Below, piece after piece: positions 18,400 to 28,298 of a stretch of DNA of 42,191 nucleotides. Each line of letters starts with the position of its first letter. The first letter of the stretch is position 1. The DNA lies in the NCBI GenBank assembly GCA_024403095.1, contig JAKSSN010000001.1, positions 1 through 42,191 of the forward strand. Direction: 5' to 3'. A program made the translations under genes and the position numbers. The notes beneath the pieces are model-generated. The model was given only the letters and a program-made list of their open reading frames with translations. It made no database searches and was not told where the DNA came from. This DNA comes from Oscillospiraceae bacterium. Lineage in GTDB: Bacteria > Bacillota > Clostridia > Oscillospirales > Oscillospiraceae.

Positions 18400-19047
18400 A
18401 TGCTTAGAATAGCCATTCCGGGTATTCCCGAAGATACTACCAATTACTTTGCCGCAATGAAAGCCCTTGGCGTTGAGCCTGTGACCGTTGGGCTGAACTG
18501 CAAAGCAGATGAATACGACGGGCTGCTGCTTCCCGGAGGAGGCGATGTTGATCCTGCGCGTTATGGGCAGGAGAACCTGGGCAGCATCGGAATTGACCCG
18601 GCGCTGGATCAGCTGCAGTTCACGGTTCTTGAGCGTTTTGTTCAGCTGCAAAAGCCGATTCTGGGCATCTGCCGCGGACATCAGGTGCTGAACATCTATT
18701 TTGGCGGCACGCTCGTGCAGGATCTGCCTCAGGCAGAAACTCACCGTTGGATTGAGAAGGATCAGGTCCATGCGATTCGCGCCCAGGCAGGCACACTTCT
18801 CCACACTCTTTATGGAGCTGAATTTTGTGTGAACAGTTCCCACCATCAGGGCGGCGATCTGCCGGGAAAGGGGCTCCGTTACACTGCCTTTGGAGCAGAC
18901 GGCGTTGTTGAAGCGATGGAACATGAAACCCTTCCCATCTGGGGCGTTCAGTTTCACCCGGAACGGATGTGCTTTGCCCATGCAAGGCCGGATACGGTAG
19001 ACGGCAGCCTTGTCCTGCAGCATTTTCTTAATTCCTGCATTCGGTAA
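18400..19047 (+). CDS. class I glutamine amidotransferase, gamma-glutamyl-GABA hydrolase (peptidase C26) family
   Basis: Nucleophile elbow GICRGHQ and downstream SSHHQ / VQFHPE triad motifs. Confidence 0.85.
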   Translation: MLRIAIPGIPEDTTNYFAAMKALGVEPVTVGLNCKADEYDGLLLPGGGDVDPARYGQENLGSIGIDPALDQLQFTVLERFVQLQKPILGICRGHQVLNIYFGGTLVQDLPQAETHRWIEKDQVHAIRAQAGTLLHTLYGAEFCVNSSHHQGGDLPGKGLRYTAFGADGVVEAMEHETLPIWGVQFHPERMCFAHARPDTVDGSLVLQHFLNSCIR

Positions 19048-19053
19048 ACATAC

Positions 19054-19084
19054 AAAAAAGGCACCCCAAATGGGGTGCCTTTTA
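19054..19084. terminator. bidirectional intrinsic terminator between the amidotransferase gene and apt
   Basis: AAAAAAGGCACCCC-aaat-GGGGTGCCTTTT, with an A-run and a T-run on either side. Confidence 0.88.
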
Positions 19085-19096
19085 TCTTTTGCCTAA

Positions 19097-19621
19097 TTAT
19101 TTTCCTTCGTAGCAGATCACGCTGGCAACATCATACTTTTCCAGCTTTTTGCGGCCTTCCAGACCGGCAAGCTCCATAAGGAACACGATCTTAACGACCA
19201 CGCCGCCAAGCTCCTCCACCAGTTTGCAGGCTGCTTCAACGGTGCCGCCGGTAGCAATAAGGTCATCGACGATCACAACACGCTGACCAGGCTGAATGGC
19301 ATCCTTGTGGATCTCGATCGCTGCCGTGCCATACTCCAGTGCGTAGCTTGCAGAAACCGTTTCACGCGGAAGTTTACCTTTTTTGCGGACCATTACAAAG
19401 CCCTTGCCGTTGTTATATGCAAGAGGCATACCAAAAACGAAGCCACGGGACTCCAGACCAGCGATCACATCAAAATCCACATCCTTCAGCAGATCCTGCA
19501 TGCCGTCGATTGCCAGCTTCAGTCCTTCCGGATGCTGAATAACAGAAGTTACATCGCGGAAAATTATACCGGGTTCGGGGAAATCGGGAATGCTCATTAC
19601 ATAATCTTCAACTTTTTTCAT
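19097..19621 (-). CDS. apt: adenine phosphoribosyltransferase
   Basis: IPDFPEPGIIFRDVT and PRPP-binding motif VVIVDDLIATGGT. Confidence 0.95.
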   Translation of the reverse strand: MKKVEDYVMSIPDFPEPGIIFRDVTSVIQHPEGLKLAIDGMQDLLKDVDFDVIAGLESRGFVFGMPLAYNNGKGFVMVRKKGKLPRETVSASYALEYGTAAIEIHKDAIQPGQRVVIVDDLIATGGTVEAACKLVEELGGVVVKIVFLMELAGLEGRKKLEKYDVASVICYEGK

Positions 19622-19746
19622 AAGAATACTCTCCTGTTATTTTTATATTTGCCTGAATCCAGATTGTGTCTAGAATTATATCTCTTTCCTGCACATGCCG
19701 CAAGAGGATTCTGACTGCTTTTTACTTCCCACATTTATGGTCTGTA

Positions 19747-19775
19747 TTGACTTTTTTAGCAATAATAGCTATTAT
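19747..19775 (+). promoter_or_regulatory. sigma-A promoter for the phosphoglucomutase gene
   Basis: TTGACT (19747-19752), 17-nt spacer, TATTAT (19770-19775). Confidence 0.5.
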
Positions 19776-19833
19776 TATTCCTATCTATCGCAATGTAATT
19801 CGTTAAATTTTTATGAAAGCAGGTAATTCAGCT

Positions 19834-21516
19834 ATGTATATGGATGAATACAAAAGATGGATGAGTGCAAACCTTGAAGACTCCGACCTCAAGCCTGAGC
19901 TTCAGCGGATTGCCGAAAACGACGACGAGATCAAAGATCGTTTTGCGGTATCTCTTGCCTTTGGCACTGCAGGTCTTCGCGGTGTTGTTGGTGCAGGTAC
20001 CAACCGCATGAATATTTGGGTCGTTCGTCAGGCAACACAGGGTCTTGCCAACTGGGTAAAAACTCAGGGCGGAAACCAGACCGTAGCCATCAGCTACGAC
20101 AGCCGTATTAAGAGCGATGTCTTTGCCAAGACCGCTGCCGGAGTATTAGCCGCTAACGGCATTAAAGTCCGCATTTACGACGAACTTATGCCCGTTCCCG
20201 CACTCAGCTTTGCCACCCGTTACTACCAGTGCAACGCCGGTATCATGGTAACTGCTTCCCACAACCCTGCTAAATATAATGGTTACAAGGCCTATGGCCC
20301 CGATGGCTGCCAGATGACCGACGACGCTGCCGCTATTGTATACGACGAGATTCAGAAGACCGACATTCTTAACGGTGCAAAATACATCAGCTTTGCACAG
20401 GGCGTGGAAGAAGGCCTGATTCGCTTTGTTGGTGACGACTGCAAGGCTGCATTCTATGCCGCCATCGAGTCCCGCCAGGTACGCCCGGGTCTGTGTGCCA
20501 CAGCTGGCCTGAAGCTTGTTTACAGCCCTCTGAACGGTTCCGGTCTGGTGCCCGTAACTCACGTTCTGAACGACATGGGCATTACTGATATTACCATCGT
20601 TCCTGAGCAGGAATACCCCAATGGTTACTTCACCACCTGCAGCTACCCCAACCCCGAGATTTTTGAAGCTCTTAAGCTTGGTCTGGAACTTGCAAAGGCG
20701 GAAGGCGCCGACCTGATGCTGGCCACCGACCCGGATGCAGACCGTGTTGGTATTGCCATGAAGTGTCCCGACGGCAGCTACGAGCTGGTCTCCGGCAACG
20801 AGATGGGCGCTTTGCTGCTGGATTATATTTGCGCCGGACGTATCGAAAAAGGCACTATGCCTGCTAACCCCGTTGCTGTTAAGAGTATTGTTTCCACTCC
20901 TCTGGCCGATGCAATTGCCGCACACTACGGTGTTGAAATGCGCAATGTTCTCACCGGTTTCAAGTGGATCGGCGATCAGATTGCCGGCCTTGAGGCAAAG
21001 GGCGAAGTAGAACGCTTTATCTTTGGTTTTGAAGAGAGCTATGGATATCTGGCTGGCTCCTATGTCCGCGACAAGGATGCTGTTATCGGCTCTATGCTGA
21101 TCTGCGAAATGGCCGCCTATTACCGCAGTATCGGCAGCAGCATTAAGCAGCGCCTGGAAGAAATTTATGCCGAATACGGCCGTTACCTGAACAAGGTCGA
21201 CAGCTTTGAGTTCCCCGGTCTTTCCGGTATGGATAAAATGGCTTCCATCATGCAGGGCCTGCGCGATGTTCCTCCCACTGAATTTGCCGGTGACGCAGTT
21301 GTTTCTGTTACCGACTATAAGAAGAGCGACGAGACCGGTCTTCCCCCTGCCAACGTTCTGATCTATAAGCTGGCAAGCGGTTCCACCGTGGTCGTTCGCC
21401 CCTCCGGTACCGAGCCCAAGATCAAAACCTATTTCACCACTCTTGGTAAAAACCTTGCAGAAGCTCAGGCTAAGAAAGATGAGCTTGCTGCAGCTATCAA
21501 GCCCATTTTAAGCTGA
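19834..21516 (+). CDS. phospho-sugar mutase (alpha-phosphoglucomutase, PgcA-like)
   Basis: Phosphoserine loop TASHNPAKYNGYK, metal loop ATDPDADRVG, sugar loop GFEESYGY. The start is ambiguous among the ATGs at 19813, 19834 and 19840. Confidence 0.9.
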   Translation: MYMDEYKRWMSANLEDSDLKPELQRIAENDDEIKDRFAVSLAFGTAGLRGVVGAGTNRMNIWVVRQATQGLANWVKTQGGNQTVAISYDSRIKSDVFAKTAAGVLAANGIKVRIYDELMPVPALSFATRYYQCNAGIMVTASHNPAKYNGYKAYGPDGCQMTDDAAAIVYDEIQKTDILNGAKYISFAQGVEEGLIRFVGDDCKAAFYAAIESRQVRPGLCATAGLKLVYSPLNGSGLVPVTHVLNDMGITDITIVPEQEYPNGYFTTCSYPNPEIFEALKLGLELAKAEGADLMLATDPDADRVGIAMKCPDGSYELVSGNEMGALLLDYICAGRIEKGTMPANPVAVKSIVSTPLADAIAAHYGVEMRNVLTGFKWIGDQIAGLEAKGEVERFIFGFEESYGYLAGSYVRDKDAVIGSMLICEMAAYYRSIGSSIKQRLEEIYAEYGRYLNKVDSFEFPGLSGMDKMASIMQGLRDVPPTEFAGDAVVSVTDYKKSDETGLPPANVLIYKLASGSTVVVRPSGTEPKIKTYFTTLGKNLAEAQAKKDELAAAIKPILS

Positions 21517-21526
21517 GTAAACGTAC

Positions 21527-21562
21527 AAAAACTCCGCTGCCATAACCGGCAGCGGAGTTTTT
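21527..21562. terminator. bidirectional intrinsic terminator between the mutase gene and degV
   Basis: AAAAACTCCGCTGCC-ataacc-GGCAGCGGAGTTTTT, a 15-bp stem that includes the A/T runs. Confidence 0.88.
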
Positions 21563-21587
21563 TTGTTTGTCGAACTTACCTAGTTAC

Positions 21588-22427
21588 TTAGGAGATTCCA
21601 ATTGCTTCCACTCCGCCTGCTACATGGCAGCAGATGCTGAGCGGCAACTGATAAAGGGTGATATCTGCTTCAGGGAAGCGGTTCTTCACCTGTTCCTGCC
21701 ATTCCAGCGCATGTTTCTCATCTCCGGAATAGGCGATCTCAACGGTAACCGGCTGATAAGCAAATCTGCTCTTCAGGTCTGCACTGATTGCCTCCAGCAT
21801 AGTTTTTCTTGCATGCTTCATTCCGCGCACCTTTGCAAAGGAATCCAGCTTGCCGCCCTGGATCTGCAGCACCGGGTTTATTCCAAGGATCGTTGCGATC
21901 GTTGCAGCAGAGGGAGTGATACGCCCGCTTTTTTTCAGCAGGTCAAGGGTATGTACAGCAAGATAAATACTGCTTACCGGACCCTTCTCTTCCAGGATTT
22001 CAACGATCTTTTCTGCGCTCACACCGTCGGCAGCCAGTTTCAATGCATCCAGAGCGGAGCGGCGCTGGGTGATGGAAATACGCCGGTTATCTGCCACATG
22101 CACTCTGCCATTAAATTCTTCTGCCAGTGCTTTTGCCGTCTGCATAGAGCCGCTGAGGGCCGAAGACATGGGAATATGCACCAGAGAATCATATTTCTGC
22201 AGGGCCTGATCCCACAGCTGCATCAGAGAATCCGGTGAAGGCTGAGAGGTGGAGACTTCCGCTCCCTCATCCAGAAGGCGGAAAAATTCGCTGTAATGCA
22301 TATCTCTGCCTTCAAAGTACTCTTTCCCATTCACAATAATTGGCATAGGCAGCAGGTAAATTCCATATCTTTCTGCTTCCTCCATAGTCATGCTGCTGTT
22401 GGTATCTGTAACAATGGCTGTGCTCAT
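21588..22427 (-). CDS. DegV-family fatty-acid-binding protein
   Basis: IVTDTNSSMTMEEAERYGIYLLPMPI is the typical DegV N-terminus. The ATG at 22427 is preceded by GGAG. The track start at 22457 is a TTG. Confidence 0.88.
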   Translation of the reverse strand: MSTAIVTDTNSSMTMEEAERYGIYLLPMPIIVNGKEYFEGRDMHYSEFFRLLDEGAEVSTSQPSPDSLMQLWDQALQKYDSLVHIPMSSALSGSMQTAKALAEEFNGRVHVADNRRISITQRRSALDALKLAADGVSAEKIVEILEEKGPVSSIYLAVHTLDLLKKSGRITPSAATIATILGINPVLQIQGGKLDSFAKVRGMKHARKTMLEAISADLKSRFAYQPVTVEIAYSGDEKHALEWQEQVKNRFPEADITLYQLPLSICCHVAGGVEAIGIS

Positions 22428-22582
22428 AAAGTACACTCCAGTATCCTGATGTTTCAATAATTATTAGTTTCTGTTTATACTATCACTGTTTTTCATCTCT
22501 GTCTATGAAAAAGATACCCTGATTGGGCATGCGCCGAACTTATCTCCGGAGTTCAGATAGCCATGTATTAAAATCATGTCTG

Positions 22583-22611
22583 TTGAATTTCGTATCCTTA
22601 TCCATTATAAT
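22583..22611 (+). promoter_or_regulatory. sigma-A promoter for dapF
   Basis: TTGAAT (22583-22588), 17-nt spacer, TATAAT (22606-22611). Confidence 0.55.
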
Positions 22612-22643
22612 CTCATTATTCAAACGATATGGAGGCATGAAAG

Positions 22644-23465
22644 ATGCACTTTACTAAAATGCACGGTGCCGGAAATGATTTTATCATTCTGAACAACATG
22701 GATGGTTCTTTGGATGGAGAGGACTTCTCCGCACTTGCTGCTGCAGTCTGTAACCGCCATATGTCGGTTGGGGCCGATGGAATGATGGTAGTAGAGCCGC
22801 CTAAAAACGGCGGTGACTATGCAATGCTATTTTACAACAGCGATGGCTCTGTTGGAGAGATGTGTGGAAATGGAGCACGCTGCATCTGCCGCTATGGGTA
22901 TGACCATGGTCTGGCGGGGGAAACACAGCATGTGGAAACTACAGCCGGCCCAGTCACCGGTATAAGGATCAGCGAAGATTATTACCGTATTCGTCTGAAT
23001 GATTCCACCACGCTGCGCCGCAAGGTTATGGTTCCCACAGAATCCGGCAATTTTGAATGCACCTACGTGGAATTGGGTAATCCCGGCCTTCCCCATGGTA
23101 TTACGGTTTTCCCCGGCTGGAAGGAACTTTACCCCGACTCTTTGCGTGAAATTGGCCGCCAGCTGCGTTGGGCAAAGGAGTTTCCTAAGGGAGCAAATAT
23201 CACATTTGTTGATGTTATAGGTAAAAACCACCTGGAAGCGGTCACTTTTGAGCGCGGTGTTGAGGATTTTACTCTTGCCTGCGGAACCGGCTGCGGCTGT
23301 ACTGCTTCTGCAATGCTGCTCTCCGGGCTGGCTGAGCCAGGAACCGTTCACATCTCTATGCCGGGCGGCGAACTGTATGTGGACGCAGACATCTCTGAAG
23401 ACCTTCCCAAGGATATTTACCTGACGGGGCCAACCAAAACAATATGTACCGGTGAGCTTTACTGA
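22644..23465 (+). CDS. dapF: diaminopimelate epimerase
   Basis: FTKMHGAGNDFIIL and the two catalytic Cys contexts CGNGARC and ACGTG. GGAGG lies 8 nt upstream. Confidence 0.95.
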   Translation: MHFTKMHGAGNDFIILNNMDGSLDGEDFSALAAAVCNRHMSVGADGMMVVEPPKNGGDYAMLFYNSDGSVGEMCGNGARCICRYGYDHGLAGETQHVETTAGPVTGIRISEDYYRIRLNDSTTLRRKVMVPTESGNFECTYVELGNPGLPHGITVFPGWKELYPDSLREIGRQLRWAKEFPKGANITFVDVIGKNHLEAVTFERGVEDFTLACGTGCGCTASAMLLSGLAEPGTVHISMPGGELYVDADISEDLPKDIYLTGPTKTICTGELY

Positions 23466-23470
23466 TAACA

Positions 23471-23513
23471 AAAAAGAACTGCAGCTGATCCTATACATGC
23501 TGCAGTTCTTTTT
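23471..23513. terminator. bidirectional intrinsic terminator between dapF and the rluA-family gene
   Basis: AAAAAGAACTGCAGC / GCTGCAGTTCTTTTT stem with a 13-nt loop. Confidence 0.85.
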
Positions 23514-23515
23514 AA

Positions 23516-24250
23516 TTACTTTTCTGTATAAAGCTCAGTTTGAAACAGGTTCCATGGAAATTCTTCTTTTGGCAGCAATTGAGCCGTCAGCTTCTCCCCT
23601 GTTTTGGGATGCACAAAAGAAAGCTGTTTGCAGTACAGAGCAACCGTACAGTTACGTACCACGCTGCCATACTTTACATCGCCGCACAAAGGCATTTTAC
23701 GCGAGGCAAACTGAACTCGGATCTGATGGCTGCGGCCGGTTTCCAGTTGAATCTCCGCCAAAGACATTGGTATATTCCCATCATTATGAGTTGACATAAT
23801 ATTATAGTTCAGTACTGCTTCTTTCACTCCGTTCCGCTTGCGGGCAACAACATAAGTTTTATTTTTTTGTCTGTCATGGAACAGTAAGTCTTGCATAGTT
23901 CCCAATTTCTGTTCCGGAGTTCCAGTAACAACGGCTAAGTATTTTTTCTCTATTTCGTGTGAGGCAAACATTTGGCTAAGCTCTGCCGCGGTTTTTCCGT
24001 CCCTCGCATATAAGCAGACTCCGCCAACGGTCTGATCCAGCCGATGAACACAATAGCAGCCCGGGAAGCCATTCTCTGCTAGCAGTTTTGTCATTCCCTC
24101 TTCTGCTGTAACTCCAACCGGCTTTTCACATAACACAAGCCAGCGGTCGCTGAATAGAATCTTCACTTTTATATCCTCCGGCATGTAGTTAACATAATTT
24201 ATAGCAAAAGGGAGCGGCTCTTCTGCCGTTCCCTTTTGCTGCAGATACAT
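23516..24250 (-). CDS. RluA-family pseudouridine synthase
   Basis: Catalytic Asp motif HRLDQTVGG and GRSHQIR motif. Confidence 0.9.
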   Translation of the reverse strand: MYLQQKGTAEEPLPFAINYVNYMPEDIKVKILFSDRWLVLCEKPVGVTAEEGMTKLLAENGFPGCYCVHRLDQTVGGVCLYARDGKTAAELSQMFASHEIEKKYLAVVTGTPEQKLGTMQDLLFHDRQKNKTYVVARKRNGVKEAVLNYNIMSTHNDGNIPMSLAEIQLETGRSHQIRVQFASRKMPLCGDVKYGSVVRNCTVALYCKQLSFVHPKTGEKLTAQLLPKEEFPWNLFQTELYTEK

Positions 24251-24270
24251 CTGAAAGCTCTGTTTCCCCG

Positions 24271-24447
24271 TTATGCGAAGCGATTTTGTTTGGGGTCATA
24301 TTCAAACCCTGCTTTCTGGAGTTTCGTCAGCAGCGGTTCCGGGTCAATGTCAAGATCATCGCAAAAATCAGCAAAGCTGGAATAGTGGTCTCTCAGCTGC
24401 GTGTTCACGTAGCTAAGCAAAATAAACGGGTCCTGAGGCAGTGTCAT
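24271..24447 (-). CDS. DUF4250-family small protein (58 aa)
   Basis: Not in the ORF track (under 60 aa). Reverse-strand translation is MTLPQDPFILLSYVNTQLRDHYSSFADFCDDLDIDPEPLLTKLQKAGFEYDPKQNRFA. The LLSYVNTQLRD core matches my recollection of DUF4250. Its ATG overlaps the malQ stop as TAATG. Confidence 0.75.
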   Translation of the reverse strand: MTLPQDPFILLSYVNTQLRDHYSSFADFCDDLDIDPEPLLTKLQKAGFEYDPKQNRFA

Positions 24448-25991
24448 TACTCTTTCGCCTCTTTCACGGTTTCATCCGCAGTTTTCTCTGCCTTTTTCGG
24501 TTCTTCCTGGCGATGGTAGGTTCGCGTAAGATCCAGCAGCTTTTCCGTTAATTCCGGAGTAATAGCATCTTTTTTCATACGCCATGTCCAGTTGCCGTAT
24601 GACTTACCTGGGCAGTTCATACGCGCCTCCGCGCCAAGTTCCAGCAGGTCCTGCATCGTTACCACAAACAAAATGGAAGTTGAAGCCATTCCTGCACGGA
24701 TCAGAGCCTGGGTCTTGTTAGCGCTATCCGGAATACCCAGGTATTTCTGCGCATAGGCAAGTTCCTTTTCGTGTTCAGGATTTTTTACCCAGCCGGAAGT
24801 AGTTTCGTTATCATGGGTTCCAACATAACACACGCTGTTTTTACTGATATTATGCGGCAGATACGCGTTATCGCTTCCGTCAAAGGCAAACTGAAGCACC
24901 TTCATGCCTGGCAGGCCGGATTCATCCAGCAGAGCACGTACGCCCGGGGTGATGATACCAAGGTCTTCGGCAATGAAGGTAATATCCGGAAACCATTGCG
25001 TAAGCATTCCAACCAGCTTGATCCCCGGTCCAATGCACCACTTCCCCTTTTTTGCAGTATCAGCGCCATAGGGAACCGACCAATAAGACTCAAACCCGCG
25101 AAAATGATCGATACGAATGATATCAAACAAACGGTTCGCGCCTTCAACACGGCGGATCCACCAGCCATATCCATCATCCTGCATGGTTTTCCAGTTATAA
25201 AGCGGGTTTCCCCAAAGCTGTCCATCTTCTGTAAATGCATCGGGAGGAACTCCCGCAACAGCAGAAGGAACATAGTCCTGCGTAAGCTGAAAGAAATGAG
25301 CTTCACTCCAGATATCAGCAGAATCCATAGCTACATAAATGGGAATATCCCCGATAAAACCGATCCCTTGCTTTTTTGCATATGCGCGCAGTTTGTTCCA
25401 CTGGCGGAAAAACAGAAACTGCAGAAAGATCTGGTAATTTACATGGTCCAGCAGCATTCTGCGGTATTCCTCGCAGGCAGCAGGCTCATGGCGCTTGATT
25501 GCCTCGTCTTCCCACTCCATCCAGGGGCGATCATTAAACTTTTCCTTAATGCTCATATAAAGAGCATAATTTTCCACCCAAGGGTTCTCTCTGCGGAAAG
25601 CCCGAATCTGTTCCTTATACTCTGCATATTTGCGTTCAAATGCTGTCCAGAGCAGAATGTAGCGGTGGTTATAAATCGTGCCGTAGTCTGTTTTTTCTTC
25701 ATCATCGCCCCAGTTAATGCCTTCAATTTCTTCCCGGGTAAGAAAGCCTTCTTCTGCCAGCACATCAAGGTCGATAAAATAGGGGTTGCCTGCAAAAGTG
25801 GAAAAGGAGGAATAGGGGCTGTCGCCATAGCCGGTAGGGCCAAGCGGCAGAAGCTGCCAGTACTTCTGCCCGGCAGCCTTTAAAAAGTCAATAAAATCAT
25901 AGGCGCACTGGCCAAGCGTTCCGATTCCGTGAGGAGACGGCAGTGAACTCATCGGCATCAGTACTGCACTGCAGCGATTTTTAATACTCAT
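24447..25991 (-). CDS. malQ: 4-alpha-glucanotransferase (amylomaltase, GH77)
   Basis: SLPSPHGIGTLG, GDSPYSSFS, IGDIPIYV, IDHFRGF and GTHDN are the GH77 signature blocks. Confidence 0.95.
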   Translation of the reverse strand: MSIKNRCSAVLMPMSSLPSPHGIGTLGQCAYDFIDFLKAAGQKYWQLLPLGPTGYGDSPYSSFSTFAGNPYFIDLDVLAEEGFLTREEIEGINWGDDEEKTDYGTIYNHRYILLWTAFERKYAEYKEQIRAFRRENPWVENYALYMSIKEKFNDRPWMEWEDEAIKRHEPAACEEYRRMLLDHVNYQIFLQFLFFRQWNKLRAYAKKQGIGFIGDIPIYVAMDSADIWSEAHFFQLTQDYVPSAVAGVPPDAFTEDGQLWGNPLYNWKTMQDDGYGWWIRRVEGANRLFDIIRIDHFRGFESYWSVPYGADTAKKGKWCIGPGIKLVGMLTQWFPDITFIAEDLGIITPGVRALLDESGLPGMKVLQFAFDGSDNAYLPHNISKNSVCYVGTHDNETTSGWVKNPEHEKELAYAQKYLGIPDSANKTQALIRAGMASTSILFVVTMQDLLELGAEARMNCPGKSYGNWTWRMKKDAITPELTEKLLDLTRTYHRQEEPKKAEKTADETVKEAKE

Positions 25992-26122
25992 AATGTTTCT
26001 CCAGGGTTAATATTTATCCGAATATTCGTGTTCCGGATAGGGTTAACTATAACGCACTTTATACCATTCGTCAACTGAGCCGGTATTTTCTGCACATACT
26101 CAAGCAGGAAACGTTTTACGTT

Positions 26123-26161
26123 AAAAAAGGAGAAGATGCGCTCACATCTTCTCCTTTTTTT
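26123..26161 (-). terminator. intrinsic terminator ending the rnf operon
   Basis: AAGGAGAAGATG-cgctca-CATCTTCTCCTT stem flanked by an A6 run and a T7 run. It lies 14 nt beyond the rnfB stop. Confidence 0.88.
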
Positions 26162-26174
26162 GAATAATTTTTCC

Positions 26175-26978
26175 TTATTTGCTGAGGTTTGTAATAATGT
26201 GGCGGGGGCAGATCTCTGCGCAGTGGCCGCACTTTGTGCACTTATCATTATCAACAACAGCAAGTGCATCCACAACGTGAATTGCATCTGCGGGGCATTC
26301 GCGCTGGCACTTCATGCATCCAATGCAGCCGAAGTCGCACATCTTCATTACCTTGGCGCCCTTATCATGGTTGCCGCAGGCAGGCATAACGATTTGGCTC
26401 TTGGGTAAGAGTTTGATAATGCTCTTGGGGCATGCTTCTGCACAAGATCCGCAGCCAACACAATTATCGCGGTCGACCTTAGCTACGCCGTCAACAATAT
26501 GAATTGCATCGAACTGACACACATTTGTGCAGTTGCCAAGACCAATGCAGGCGAAGGTGCAGGTTTTGTTGCCCTTGCCGCCAAACAGCATTGCGGCACG
26601 GCAATCCTGGGGACCATTGTAGTTAAAGCGGGGCTCCGCATGGCCGATCGTGCCGGAGCAAGGCACAAAAGCAACTTTTGCCTCTTCTACAACTGCAGTA
26701 CCACCCATAATCTCAGCGATCTGCATTGCAGTTTCAACGCCGCCTGCCACGCACTTGTTTGTGGAGGCTTTACCGGCAGCAACTGCTGCTGCATATCCAT
26801 CGCAGCCGGGGAAGCCGCAGCCGCCGCAGTTTGCGCCAGCCAGGCACTCGCGAATTGCAGCCTGTTTGGGGTCAACATCCACATGGAAAATATTGGAAGC
26901 AACTGCAAGCAGGGCACCAAATGCGCCGCCCAAAATACCAAGGGCAAGAATGGCTTTAATGATGATATAAATATTCAT
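26175..26978 (-). CDS. rnfB: Rnf electron-transport complex subunit B (polyferredoxin type)
   Basis: N-terminal TM helix, Cys cluster CGGCGFPGC, and repeated CxxCxxCxxxCP motifs (CVGCGSCAEACP, CIGCMKCQRECP, CTKCGHCAEICP). Confidence 0.93.
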   Translation of the reverse strand: MNIYIIIKAILALGILGGAFGALLAVASNIFHVDVDPKQAAIRECLAGANCGGCGFPGCDGYAAAVAAGKASTNKCVAGGVETAMQIAEIMGGTAVVEEAKVAFVPCSGTIGHAEPRFNYNGPQDCRAAMLFGGKGNKTCTFACIGLGNCTNVCQFDAIHIVDGVAKVDRDNCVGCGSCAEACPKSIIKLLPKSQIVMPACGNHDKGAKVMKMCDFGCIGCMKCQRECPADAIHVVDALAVVDNDKCTKCGHCAEICPRHIITNLSK

Positions 26979-26992
26979 AACTCATTCCCTCC

Positions 26993-27580
26993 TCAGCCGA
27001 AAATTGACATTCCGCTGAATCCCATGAATGCAAGTGCAACCAGAGAAGCAGAAACCAGACAGATGGGGAAGCCTTCAAAGCACTCGGGATAATCAGAGAA
27101 CTCCGTACGTTCACGTACAGTAGCAAACAGAACAATTGCGAGCATAAAGCCAAGGCCACCGGTGATACCGTAAACCACAGATTCAATAAAGCTGTAGTTA
27201 TTCTGTACGTTCAACAGAACAACACCAAGTACAGCGCAGTTGGTTGTGATCAGAGGAAGGTAAATACCAAGTGCAGAGTACAGGGAAGGAACAGACTTTT
27301 TAAGGAACATCTCAACCAGCTGAACCAGAGCTGCAATAACCAGAATGAAAGCAAGTGTCTCAAGGAACTGAAGGCCAAGAGGAATGAGCACGTACTGGTC
27401 GATTACCCAGCAGATTGCTGAGGCAAGGCCCATAACAAACACAACTGCAACACCCATACCGGTTGCGGTATCGGTTTTGTTGGAGCAGCCAAGGAACGGG
27501 CAGCAACCCAGGAACTGTGAGAAAATAAAGTTGTTGATCAGGATTGCGCCAAGGGAGATGGAAAGAATGGTTGTCAGCAT
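26993..27580 (-). CDS. rnfA: Rnf complex subunit A
   Basis: 195-aa polytopic protein. NNFIFSQFLGCCPFLG is the RnfA/NqrE pattern. Operon position fits. Confidence 0.93.
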   Translation of the reverse strand: MLTTILSISLGAILINNFIFSQFLGCCPFLGCSNKTDTATGMGVAVVFVMGLASAICWVIDQYVLIPLGLQFLETLAFILVIAALVQLVEMFLKKSVPSLYSALGIYLPLITTNCAVLGVVLLNVQNNYSFIESVVYGITGGLGFMLAIVLFATVRERTEFSDYPECFEGFPICLVSASLVALAFMGFSGMSIFG

Positions 27581-28284
27581 GCTTCACTTACCTCCTCTTC
27601 TGCCTTTTTAGCAGCCTTTTTTGCTTCCTCTTTTTTCTTTGCAGACTTTTTAAGAGCATACTGCATCACTGCAATCAGAAGACCCAGAGTAAGGAAGCCA
27701 CCAAACGGCAGGTTCATAATTGCTGCGCCATACTGGCTGGGGAACAGCTGAATGCCGGCGCCGGTTCCGTCCATAGTAAAACGGAAGCCGTTTGCCACAT
27801 CGATCAGTCCGCCGCCAAAACGGCCGCTGCCCACGAACTCGCGGAACACGCACATAATGATCAGAACTACGGTATAGCCAAATCCCTGGAAAACGCCATC
27901 GAAGAAGGATGCGGTGATGGTATTCTTCTGGCAGAATGCTTCTGCACGGCCGATGATGATGCAGTTAACAACGATCAGCGGAATGAATACGCCCAAGGCT
28001 TCACTTAGTGCAGGAATAAATGCCTGAAGCAACAGGTCAACGATCGTTACAAAACCTGCAATAACAACAACGAAGATTGCCAAACGGATCTCTTCCGGAA
28101 TAATTTTACGGATGGCAGACACAACCACGTTGCAGCAGGTGAGGATAATAAGAACGGAAAGGCCCATACCCACGCCGTTGAACAGAGTAGTGGTGATTGC
28201 CATAGTTGCACACATACCAATCTGCTGTACGAGAACAGGGTTATTGGTAATCAGGCCTTCGGTAAACTGTTTCTTAATGTTCAT
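27574..28284 (-). CDS. rnfE: Rnf complex subunit E
   Basis: GLITNNPVLVQQIGMC is the RnfE/NqrD pattern. Lys/Ala/Glu-rich C-terminal tail. 7-nt overlap with rnfA. Confidence 0.93.
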   Translation of the reverse strand: MNIKKQFTEGLITNNPVLVQQIGMCATMAITTTLFNGVGMGLSVLIILTCCNVVVSAIRKIIPEEIRLAIFVVVIAGFVTIVDLLLQAFIPALSEALGVFIPLIVVNCIIIGRAEAFCQKNTITASFFDGVFQGFGYTVVLIIMCVFREFVGSGRFGGGLIDVANGFRFTMDGTGAGIQLFPSQYGAAIMNLPFGGFLTLGLLIAVMQYALKKSAKKKEEAKKAAKKAEEEVSEAC

Positions 28285-28298
28285 GTTTGATTACCTCC

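Noticed and set aside
24286-24519. 77-aa + strand ORF between the rluA-family gene and malQ
   Set aside because: The opposite strand encodes a DUF4250-like protein with stop-start coupling to malQ. The + ORF has no SD and a non-protein-like composition.
26105-26122. cre (CcpA)-like sequence GGAAACGTTTTACG upstream of malQ
   Set aside because: Alignment to WTGNAANCGNWNNCW fails at several invariant positions.
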